This document shows positions 21,070-28,619 of a DNA stretch of 64,000 bases, one piece after another. The DNA is from Deltaproteobacteria bacterium (GTDB lineage: Bacteria > Desulfobacterota > Syntrophia > Syntrophales > UBA2185), in contig JAPLJS010000070.1 of assembly GCA_026388545.1 (NCBI GenBank), forward strand, positions 14,065-78,064. Direction: 5' to 3'. The translations under genes and the position numbers were made by a program. Each line of letters begins with the position of its first letter. Position 1 is the stretch's first letter. A model generated the notes under the pieces. It did no database searches, was not told the DNA's origin, and worked only from the letters and a program-made list of their open reading frames with translations.

Positions 21070-21121
21070 TTATTTTTATGCTTATTTCATGAAATACCAA
21101 ACAAATATCTATGTCAAGCGA
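21070..21121 (-). promoter_or_regulatory. Shared upstream module A (TTGACA box plus conserved leader), paralogous to 22368..22419
   Basis: Minus strand reads TCGCTTGACATAGATATTTGTTTGGTATTTCATGAAATAAGCATAAAAATAA. It is nearly identical to module B. Confidence 0.55.
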
Positions 21122-21340
21122 TATGAATTAAATAATTCTCTGAAAATCGTGCTAAATTAATTAATAATTCGGCATATTGATAAACGGACATGCTTTATAC
21201 GGAATCGGCATAAGTTGCTGACACAATTAGTCGTAGATTGTTGGGCATCCTAAAACTAGGCTGCATGTGCGGGGAATAAGCTGTAAAGGAGTAGCATGTT
21301 TCATCTCGCATTCAACGGGCTGCTCTGACAAAACGACCTG

Positions 21341-21410
21341 CGACTTGTATTTGAAATTGAGAGGAGGTGATAAGTAAAAATGACATGCGCCGGAACTTGA
21401 CACCACCTCC
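21341..21410 (+). repeat. E-family repeat, copy E1
   Basis: CGACTTGTATTTGAAATTGAGAGGAGGTGATAAGTAAAAATGACATGCGCCGGAACTTGACACCACCTCC. Imperfect hairpin GGAGGTGATAAGT / ACTTGACACCACCTCC. It abuts the stop codon of the upstream gene. Confidence 0.7.
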
Positions 21411-21574
21411 TACCATGGAAGCTTGTATGCTAACCATATGCCAAGTATTCCACCGATAGTGCTTCCAAGCAATGACGCAACGGAAAATGTATCAGCTCCC
21501 AGGAGCGTGGGCACATACCCTCCTGCCATGGAGCCTATAACTATTCCAAACATAATCATTGATTTTCGAGACAT
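21410..21574 (-). CDS. Small hydrophobic Gly-rich protein, hypothetical
   Basis: MSRKSMIMFGIVIGSMAGGYVPTLLGADTFSVASLLGSTIGGILGIWLAYKLPW. Start uncertain (TTG 21604 is the alternative). Confidence 0.35.
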   Translation of the reverse strand: MSRKSMIMFGIVIGSMAGGYVPTLLGADTFSVASLLGSTIGGILGIWLAYKLPW

Positions 21575-21805
21575 AGCATCTACCAAAATGAATCGACAAA
21601 ACAAATGGTATGACTTTCAGGAAGATGTCAATAAAAAAAGTCCCATTAAATATTTTCAAGATCGGCATCCGCCGGAATCGCTGTCTTCACCTACAAAGCG
21701 TGGAGAATAGGAAACGCCTAGGATTGAGGATTCGCGATTGAAAGTGAGGATAACGCGGAGTTCACCGTGGGCCGGGTTTATTGGCGATTGGCTACACCCA
21801 CTCGT

Positions 21806-22351
21806 TTAGGAGGCCTTTAAGGTATCGTCTGCTCTCAAGATGCTACTGAGAAGATCCCGGCCTTCCTGAGACAGAGCCCATTGTCGTTGGCCTCTTATTG
21901 TTGATTCAGTAACGAGCTTATTTTCCAGAAGCCAAGCAATAGATGCGAGAATTTCCTTTAACGGCAGCTTTGTTTCTTTCGTTAGGCCAGCCGAGTATCG
22001 CCATGTATAGTTTGGATTACCTAAAGCTTTCATTACCAATCGGGTAGCTTCATCGTTTACCGAGAACGCATTTATGCTAAACGTCGCTCCTGTTGCCTCA
22101 TCTGCAGGTTCCGTTTCTTTGGCAATAATTGTCTCCATCTTCTCTTTGAAGTCTTGAAACTGAATCTCCAATCCACCAGGAAATTTAAGTGATTTAAAAA
22201 GTGGCGAAAGCCAAGGGATTAGAGCGATGAAAAAGAGAGTTAGAGTTATTGCATCTATGGTAAGGGTAGGCCATATGAGATGTGCAAGCGCGATCAGCAG
22301 GGCAGCTATGGTAATTCCATATTTTACTTTGCGGTCGTCCGTTTTATTCAT
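21806..22351 (-). CDS. Hypothetical protein, 2 TM N-terminus and soluble C-terminal domain
   Basis: 181-aa ORF preceded by shared module B. Confidence 0.5.
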   Translation of the reverse strand: MNKTDDRKVKYGITIAALLIALAHLIWPTLTIDAITLTLFFIALIPWLSPLFKSLKFPGGLEIQFQDFKEKMETIIAKETEPADEATGATFSINAFSVNDEATRLVMKALGNPNYTWRYSAGLTKETKLPLKEILASIAWLLENKLVTESTIRGQRQWALSQEGRDLLSSILRADDTLKAS

Positions 22352-22367
22352 TTGCTGTACCTAACAT

Positions 22368-22419
22368 TTATTTTTATTCTCATTCTATGAAATATTAAAA
22401 AAATATCTATGTCAAGCGA
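22368..22419 (-). promoter_or_regulatory. Shared upstream module B, paralogous to 21070..21121
   Basis: Minus strand reads TCGCTTGACATAGATATTTTTTTAATATTTCATAGAATGAGAATAAAAATAA. Confidence 0.55.
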
Positions 22420-22470
22420 AGGGCTCCGCCCTGTACCCGGAAAAAGAAAATGATAAAAGAACCAAATGAC

Positions 22471-23775
22471 CTATTTGCCAGAACGCACCGGGAGAGCCCG
22501 GCCGGAGTAGGCGATCGACTGGTGAAGCCAGAACCGAAGGCCAACGCTGAAACCGAAGATGGCGGCGTCGGAATCATCTGTTTCTGATGCCCATACAAAC
22601 CATTTAGTAATCTCTATCAAATCCGTCACGCAAGCACCATGTGTATTTTCCTTAATTTCATCATATATCCCCACCAGTTCGTCCTGCGTCGGCATCCGCC
22701 AGTCTGAATAACCGCCCCCGCGATAGTTCTCGCAATATTTTTTAGCACCGCGCCAATTAATATCCGCCCCGTTGTCCCCTGCCGCCCACATCAGGTTTGT
22801 CCGCATATCCAGAACCGTCCCGTTATTGTAGGCAATGAAATCTCCATCCCGAAGGGTTTCCCTAACTTTAGCGATGAACTGGTGCTTTGACTTGGCAATC
22901 TGTTTCTTTTTTTTTGTCGACTTGCTCTGCTCCGCTTCCAGGTTCTCTCTCCGATCGGGTTCATACCTATCATGATCCGCTGACCTGAGAAGGCGGAACC
23001 CGCTTCTGAACCTGTCGTCCGGGGCGCTGAGGCTGCGAGACGCCGCGCGGCAGTGACTGGCGTAGCTGCCCCAGCAGCCGCCGCGATGGACGCGGTACGC
23101 GCCCTTCGGCGGTCCACAAGGATCAGTAACGCTATGCGATGGATAAGCATCGAACCAGTCTTGACACCACTCCATTACATTGCCTTGCATATCATATAAA
23201 CCCCAGGCGTTGGGCTTCTTCTGTTCTACAGGTTGTGTTTTCGCTCCTGAATTATTTCCATACCAAGCATATTCATCAAGACGGTCGGGATCATTCCCGA
23301 AAAAATACACCGTTGTACTTCCCGCCCGGTAAGCATATTCCCACTGAGCTTCTGTGGGCAGGCGGTATTTGTTCGTCCCCTCCATCTTATTGAGCTTCCG
23401 AATGAATTTCTGGACATCGTTCCAAGATACCTTCTCCACAGGCAAGTTATCATCTCCTGAATATGACGGATTGTTCCCCATCACCTTCTTCCACTGCCCC
23501 TGGGTCACCTCCGTCGTCTGCATGTAGAAAGGTTTGCTGATCGTTACCTGGTGAAGTGTCTCGTTAGATAATCTCTTCGGTTCGTCTTCAGGCGATCCCA
23601 TCATGAAAGTCCCGGCAGAGATCAGGACAAACTTGGCGTTGAGAATCGGGCAGAGGTATTCCTTTTTACCAAGGGATTCCGCAAGTAAAAGCCCGCGTTC
23701 TATCAATGCACGCTCTGGTACAGTCAGCTCATATCTTTCCCGGAGAATCAGTCCTTTTTGTTCCGTTTCAGTCAT
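22471..23775 (-). CDS. FGE-sulfatase (SUMF1/formylglycine-generating-enzyme fold) domain protein fused to a DUF1566-like C-terminal domain
   Basis: FGE-fold motifs (GTFMMGSP, EVTQGQW, NAWGLYDMQGNVMEW, RVHRGGCW). The C-terminus carries YSDWRMPTQDEL, typical of DUF1566. The start overlaps the stop of the J-domain gene (TAATG). Confidence 0.75.
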   Translation of the reverse strand: MTETEQKGLILRERYELTVPERALIERGLLLAESLGKKEYLCPILNAKFVLISAGTFMMGSPEDEPKRLSNETLHQVTISKPFYMQTTEVTQGQWKKVMGNNPSYSGDDNLPVEKVSWNDVQKFIRKLNKMEGTNKYRLPTEAQWEYAYRAGSTTVYFFGNDPDRLDEYAWYGNNSGAKTQPVEQKKPNAWGLYDMQGNVMEWCQDWFDAYPSHSVTDPCGPPKGAYRVHRGGCWGSYASHCRAASRSLSAPDDRFRSGFRLLRSADHDRYEPDRRENLEAEQSKSTKKKKQIAKSKHQFIAKVRETLRDGDFIAYNNGTVLDMRTNLMWAAGDNGADINWRGAKKYCENYRGGGYSDWRMPTQDELVGIYDEIKENTHGACVTDLIEITKWFVWASETDDSDAAIFGFSVGLRFWLHQSIAYSGRALPVRSGK

Positions 23776-24614
23776 TAATGAATACCCTTTTTGCTATCGT
23801 TCTGCTTCGTTTTTCTTTGTTCATCTTTCTCCACGCGCTTGATCATTTCTCTCAGTCTGGCATCGGCACCCACGATCTGTGCGTCTACTTCGTGCGCCAT
23901 CTCTGAGAGGAGTTCCCTGCCCGCATCCTGGGCTTCATCTACTCTCAATTTCAAGCTGTAAAGTTCCGTCTCTTTCAAGGTTTCCATTTCCTTGCCAATC
24001 GCCTCAATACGAGCACGAACAAGGGCAAGCTGGCGAATGATTCTGATCAACTCTGCACCTGTTCCTTCACCAGACACGGAATCGGGACTGCTCTCCCACT
24101 CATTCAGAAGGGATCGTAGACGTTCCTCGTTCCTTTCTGCATATGCCTTGTTGATCTCCTGCATAAATCTATGTCGTCGCTCACGTGCCTGTTCGTCCGG
24201 TGCGAGGTCGGGATGTACCTTCTTGGCCAGATCACGGTATAGCTGTTTCAGATCCTCCGATGGTTTAAACGGTTCTGTTTCGTATTCCTCCGTGGCGATT
24301 GATTCTGTTGTATTTGCAGATTCCTGAGCCTGAGTGCGGCTACGTTCGGCCTCTTTCCTGACTTCTTCGTTCTCCGGTTCAAGACGGGCAAGAATCTCTG
24401 CGATCTGTGCCTCAATATCATCGAGCTTCGCGAGCTTTACACCTACGATGCGAAGGTAGCGGCGGCGCAGGTCTTCCAGCGCCACCTGTAATGTGGTCAG
24501 GTCCAATTCCTTGATGGTCAGTTCATCTTCCAGTATTGATAACTCGGCGCGCTTTTTCTCAAGTTCAATTTCTTCGGGGGTCATTTGCTTTACAAGAGAT
24601 TTAGGTTGTTTCAT
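23775..24614 (-). CDS. Coiled-coil J-domain (DnaJ-like) protein
   Basis: J-domain with an HPD motif (LYRDLAKKVHPDLAPDEQ...INKAYAERN), flanked by Glu/Arg/Leu-rich heptad-like segments. I prefer ATG 24614 because the longer ORF overlaps the upstream gene. Confidence 0.7.
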   Translation of the reverse strand: MKQPKSLVKQMTPEEIELEKKRAELSILEDELTIKELDLTTLQVALEDLRRRYLRIVGVKLAKLDDIEAQIAEILARLEPENEEVRKEAERSRTQAQESANTTESIATEEYETEPFKPSEDLKQLYRDLAKKVHPDLAPDEQARERRHRFMQEINKAYAERNEERLRSLLNEWESSPDSVSGEGTGAELIRIIRQLALVRARIEAIGKEMETLKETELYSLKLRVDEAQDAGRELLSEMAHEVDAQIVGADARLREMIKRVEKDEQRKTKQNDSKKGIH

Positions 24615-24673
24615 AATTGATACTTCCTTACAAAAATGGCAGGGAGGCTGGGTTAGTTGGCTGAGTTGGGTTT

Positions 24674-25141
24674 TTATTGATATTTTGCAAAATCCAATAT
24701 TTTTTCTATTCGATCCCGAACTCGTTTTTTCATTTCGTGTTCTTTCTCTATTGTTAGTCCACGACAAGAATATTGTCCGAAATACGGGATACCATTTTCA
24801 TTGCAATCATCTGAATGGCAATAGTATCGGTACCAAGCGGCATAGAAATCAGTTCTTTCTGTGGGCTTCAAGAAAGAATCAAAATCAAAGACAGCTGCCC
24901 TGTGTTTATCAAATGCATTTTCTAAAAAAACCGGAAGTTCAATCTCCAAAGCATGCTGAGCTGGATTGACGGCTAAAATTTCGTCTTTGAATGCTTCTCT
25001 TAGTTTCATGGCAGCTCCACGTCTTGCAGTTACTTGAGCCAGGGAAAGAGATAATCTGTAACCAATCCAAGCACCAAGAAGGGTACCCACAATAGTGCTA
25101 CCAACACCAATTATCGCTATTTCAGAGGCACTAAGTATCAC
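24674..25141 (-). CDS. Hypothetical protein with an N-terminal TM helix
   Basis: 155-aa ORF with a GTG start, 60 nt upstream of the J-domain gene on the same strand. Confidence 0.45.
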   Translation of the reverse strand: MILSASEIAIIGVGSTIVGTLLGAWIGYRLSLSLAQVTARRGAAMKLREAFKDEILAVNPAQHALEIELPVFLENAFDKHRAAVFDFDSFLKPTERTDFYAAWYRYYCHSDDCNENGIPYFGQYSCRGLTIEKEHEMKKRVRDRIEKILDFAKYQ

Positions 25142-25396
25142 TTTTTACTCCAATGCACTTGGTGAGTATTTGGTCGGTCTAATGAATTAATCGGGGCAAC
25201 TGCCCCTGACACTTGTATCATAACCGCTGCGACTATCATATCATTGATTGCCTTCTGAAATCTTGTATTCTCGTCAAGGTTGACGTTTCACTGACTTCAG
25301 GAAGGAGCCTGTACGTTCCAGGGAAGAAAAATAGGCTTTCTTGCATATACGCGCTTTCAAACCGGATTCAATAAGCTGGCCCGATCAGTTACCTCT

Positions 25397-25458
25397 CGCT
25401 TTGTATTTGAACTGAGTGAGGGCGGTTAATGAAAATATGGCATACGCCAGACCTTATA
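25397..25458 (+). repeat. E-family repeat, copy E3 (degenerate hairpin half)
   Basis: CGCTTTGTATTTGAACTGAGTGAGGGCGGTTAATGAAAATATGGCATACGCCAGACC... Similarity to copy E4 extends leftwards to about 25294 (ACTTCAGGAAG and CTTGCATAT blocks). Confidence 0.6.
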
Positions 25459-25462
25459 TCAT

Positions 25463-25816
25463 CTACTTTATCAATAACTTGTCATGACTGACGGTATCGC
25501 AGATTAACGAAGGAAAGGTGCAACTCCTCCCGTTCAGCGGCGCATCTGCTGAAACGGGTGGTTGGGCGTCGCAGGGCGCACGCGCGTACCAGAACTCCAC
25601 GACGCATAGACTGTTCCGATGCATGACGAATCCGCGCCGTTGATACCAGGTGTCAAGCACAGCTTGCGTGAGCAGTGCGGGTCGGAGATCTCGCTCATCA
25701 GGCACTATTTCGTCAGCGGCAAACCACGGCATGCCGCTCATGTCGGGCGATCGCAATGCTATGAGCAATAGATCGAACGTGGCCCCTCCGATTGTTAGTC
25801 TTTCACCAGGTTGCAA
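25463..25816 (-). CDS. Hypothetical protein (117 aa), GC-richer
   Basis: ORF only; no motif recognised. Overlaps the 3' end of the upstream gene by 22 nt. Confidence 0.3.
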   Translation of the reverse strand: MQPGERLTIGGATFDLLLIALRSPDMSGMPWFAADEIVPDERDLRPALLTQAVLDTWYQRRGFVMHRNSLCVVEFWYARAPCDAQPPVSADAPLNGRSCTFPSLICDTVSHDKLLIK

Positions 25817-27291
25817 TCCTCGCCTTTGACTAGGCCTGTTTTTGCAGGAAATCTGCCCGGATCAAAGGTGGTGGCACCTATACTTGCGGCATATTGTTTG
25901 ACCGCTTTCAGTATGGTGGAAAAGTCTTTCTGCGCGTCAGTCTTTTGGTTCTGATTATCAGGTCCTTCGAGAGATGCCAAATAATCATCTCTGGCTTCGA
26001 GAAGAACCTTTAATGCATCTTCCGGCCACCTGGCGATAGTGATTTCTGCACTGACAGGTTTACCGGCAATCAATCGCAGAGTGCCGTCGATGTTTCGCTG
26101 GTTAATGCCTTTATTGAAATCAAGCATGGCTTTCAGCTTTTTGCACTGAACCGACTCGGTAGCATTGTAGGACCCGATCACGGAGTCTTTGGCTGCTCTT
26201 AGTACAGCCGCTCTTTGGGCGGCGTTCAAGCTGTTCCAGGCGGTCTTATCAATGTGCATCCATGATAACAGGAACGGTTGATGCCAAGAGGGATGATGGG
26301 CATATCGCGCGCCAGTCTGGCCGATATTTTGCGAGCAGTTCTCTTTGGTACCGGACGGAATAGGGAAAGCAAGCACGGGACCGCAATTCAGATTGCCCGT
26401 ATCGGGGTTACCACGAGGATTGGCGGGAGTCGCATCCTTTACTGGAAAGAAATCGACAAGGTCATCAAACGGCGTGACATATTCGAAGCCTTGAATAGTT
26501 GCTCGTTGCATGGGCAACAGGACAGACTGGCCTCCTACAGGCGGATAGAACTTGAGAGTCTTGGAGGGAATGACACCTCTTTTCACCAATAGGTCACATG
26601 CACGGTCCACGATATCCTGCGGCGGAGCCAAATAGCGAATTCTCCAGCCCGACGTGCAAAGACCAGCCAGGCCGATCCCACTGCCCTGGTTTTGACAATC
26701 CGTGTCTCCGGCGTTGCAGTCCGGCTTGCCAATGGGTTTTGGGAAATAACCCGAGCCCTGCATGGTGCTTCCCACGACGGGGAAGACGATTTGAGTTCCC
26801 CCTCGGTTATCCAGTATCGCTTGTGCCAATTCGATGCCGTTCCCCCCAAATCCATCGAGCTTCGCATCGTAGAGAAATCCAAGCGTCTGCCGGAAATTGA
26901 TCCCCAAGGGCACCGAATTGAAAATAAAGCCCCAGTTGGGATCTGACACGGCCGGCTGCGGTTGGGCATTTGCGTTTGCAAATTGCACTCCGGCCCTGAG
27001 GGCATTCACCGCGCGCCTGGTACTCTGGTTTCGCTGGAAAACGACCTTCTGTCCGACGGGTAATGCATCCGGCCCGTGTTCATCGGTGTAATCGATAACC
27101 TTCTCTATGAATATCCGCATGGCACCGTAACCCGGATTACTTGGATCCGTTGAAGTCCCGCTGCCACGCCCTATGGTTGGAGATCCGCTGTAATCGTTGT
27201 ATTGAATCGTTACATCTGCAACCGCAGACTGACCAAACAATGCGATGCAGATGACAACAGCCAATGCTGACACCGTTGTGCCTATTCTCAT
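25795..27291 (-). CDS. Secreted protein resembling TRAP-type (DctP/COG4663-like) solute-binding proteins; orphan
   Basis: RBS GGAGG and ATG 27291. Signal peptide MRIGTTVSALAVVICIALFGQSAVA. The segment FNSVPLGINFRQTLGFLY...GGNGIELAQ...VVGSTMQGSGYFPKPI resembles the conserved core of TRAP binding proteins. No DctQ/DctM genes nearby. Confidence 0.4.
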   Translation of the reverse strand: MRIGTTVSALAVVICIALFGQSAVADVTIQYNDYSGSPTIGRGSGTSTDPSNPGYGAMRIFIEKVIDYTDEHGPDALPVGQKVVFQRNQSTRRAVNALRAGVQFANANAQPQPAVSDPNWGFIFNSVPLGINFRQTLGFLYDAKLDGFGGNGIELAQAILDNRGGTQIVFPVVGSTMQGSGYFPKPIGKPDCNAGDTDCQNQGSGIGLAGLCTSGWRIRYLAPPQDIVDRACDLLVKRGVIPSKTLKFYPPVGGQSVLLPMQRATIQGFEYVTPFDDLVDFFPVKDATPANPRGNPDTGNLNCGPVLAFPIPSGTKENCSQNIGQTGARYAHHPSWHQPFLLSWMHIDKTAWNSLNAAQRAAVLRAAKDSVIGSYNATESVQCKKLKAMLDFNKGINQRNIDGTLRLIAGKPVSAEITIARWPEDALKVLLEARDDYLASLEGPDNQNQKTDAQKDFSTILKAVKQYAASIGATTFDPGRFPAKTGLVKGEDCNLVKD

Positions 27292-27585
27292 TTTGTCCTC
27301 CTTCTGCTTAGAAGTAATTAAGTAAAGAATGATCAAGAACAGGAGCGCGTTACAGATGATGGCGATGATCTTCACGTGTGGTCCCTCGCTCCTGACGCCC
27401 AACAATGTTTATATGTATCCGTATAAAAACCCAAACACAACACTATTTGCCGTATAAGACGCCAGCGGGAAAGATATCTCATCGCTCATAAATAATTTTA
27501 TATCGTACTCTTGCGTCGGTATATTGTTTTTATAACGGCGTCTCATATGGATCGGCATAAGACCCTCTGCAACCTCTTAATGAGC

Positions 27586-27620
27586 AATAAAAAACCCCGC
27601 TCTTTTTAAGAAACGGGGTA
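27586..27620 (-). terminator. Rho-independent terminator
   Basis: Minus strand reads ACCCCG-N14-CGGGGT followed by TTTTTTATT. Confidence 0.5.
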
Positions 27621-27820
27621 AGTTTCAGCCAGTCCATATTTCCCTCCTACATTTTACAATGGATGGGACCGATCCAACTGTTTATCAAATATAGGGCACT
27701 CGTATCACGATTATCTTTTGAAATCTACGAAAAATAGAAAGAATGCGGCCTATTTCTTTCAGTAAGGCAACAATACCCCCGGACTTCGGAAAAATTAACC
27801 TCCAAAAAAATTACTTTTAT

Positions 27821-27889
27821 CGCTTTGTATTTGAAATTGAGAGGGCATGATAAGTAAATATTGAAATTCGCCGGAACTTGATGCCACCT
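27821..27889 (+). repeat. E-family repeat, copy E2
   Basis: CGCTTTGTATTTGAAATTGAGAGGGCATGATAAGTAAATATTGAAATTCGCCGGAACTTGATGCCACCT. Hairpin GGCATGATAAGT / ACTTGATGCC. Confidence 0.7.
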
Positions 27890-27998
27890 ACGAAGTGTGA
27901 GGTCAAACTATATGAACGAAATGAAGATTAAAGGGTAGAATCGTTCATGGTCTATGTATCGCATTTATAATATCATTATCTTTCTTTCACATCGAGCC

Positions 27999-28619
27999 CT
28001 ATTGATGGTGTTCCAGACGGAGACGCAGTTCATGGAGACGGCGTCGTGCGCGGTCGAGGCTATCGGCTGCCTGCGCTGCTCTTTCGAGCGACCATGACTC
28101 CTGAACGAATCCGCATAATGCCTGGTTATAGGCGAGCCCTATCCTTGCAGTAGAGCCCCGCGCAGGAAGAATATCGGCTTTTACGGATCTCCTGCCGTAG
28201 CGCCGGACGAGGTTGAGAAGTGCTTCCTTTGGATCGACAAGCGATTCCGGGTGATTGGGTATTCGAATTAGAGGCACGCCGGAAAACTGAGCGAACCCTT
28301 CTCGATCGGCCAATAGCCACGCCTCAGTCTCACGCACCGAGACCCGAAAAAGCATCGTCTCCGGCAAAACCATTCTTCCACGCCAATCGTCGATCAAAGC
28401 AGTCGGGCATTCGATACGATCGAGGTCCGTGAGAAGCAAGACAGGAATATAGCGGGCTATCTTTTTGAATTGCCGGAGTTCTCTCTTGAGATAGTCGTTG
28501 CCCTTCCGGCCCAGATGCACCGCAACGTAAATGCCCCGGTTTTCTTCCTCGATAAGACGATCTGCTACGGCCTCGCTTAAGGCGTCTTCTGTGGCAATGT
28601 AAACGCCCGTCATTCCCAA
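27999..28619 (-). CDS. DUF4276/TOPRIM-like protein (putative nuclease partner of the upstream ATPase)
   Basis: Acidic motifs in TOPRIM-like order: ATEDALSE, LLTDLD, ETEAWLLAD. The start overlaps the ATPase stop by 10 nt. Confidence 0.55.
   Translation of the reverse strand: MGMTGVYIATEDALSEAVADRLIEEENRGIYVAVHLGRKGNDYLKRELRQFKKIARYIPVLLLTDLDRIECPTALIDDWRGRMVLPETMLFRVSVRETEAWLLADREGFAQFSGVPLIRIPNHPESLVDPKEALLNLVRRYGRRSVKADILPARGSTARIGLAYNQALCGFVQESWSLERAAQAADSLDRARRRLHELRLRLEHHQ

Noticed and set aside
21361-21400. Mini-ORF (ATG ACA TGC GCC GGA ACT TGA) preceded by GAGGAGGTGA inside repeat E1
   Set aside because: It is not conserved in the other E copies (E2 has no equivalent ORF). The AGGAGG string is part of the hairpin arm.
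23775-24767. Long N-terminal extensions in the ORF track (J-domain protein from 24767, HMGL enzyme from 12819, TRAP-like protein from 27405, antitoxin from 49338)
   Set aside because: The extensions overlap upstream genes or a terminator and lack an RBS. Internal ATGs with good Shine-Dalgarno sequences (24614, 12849, 27291, 49287) are more plausible.
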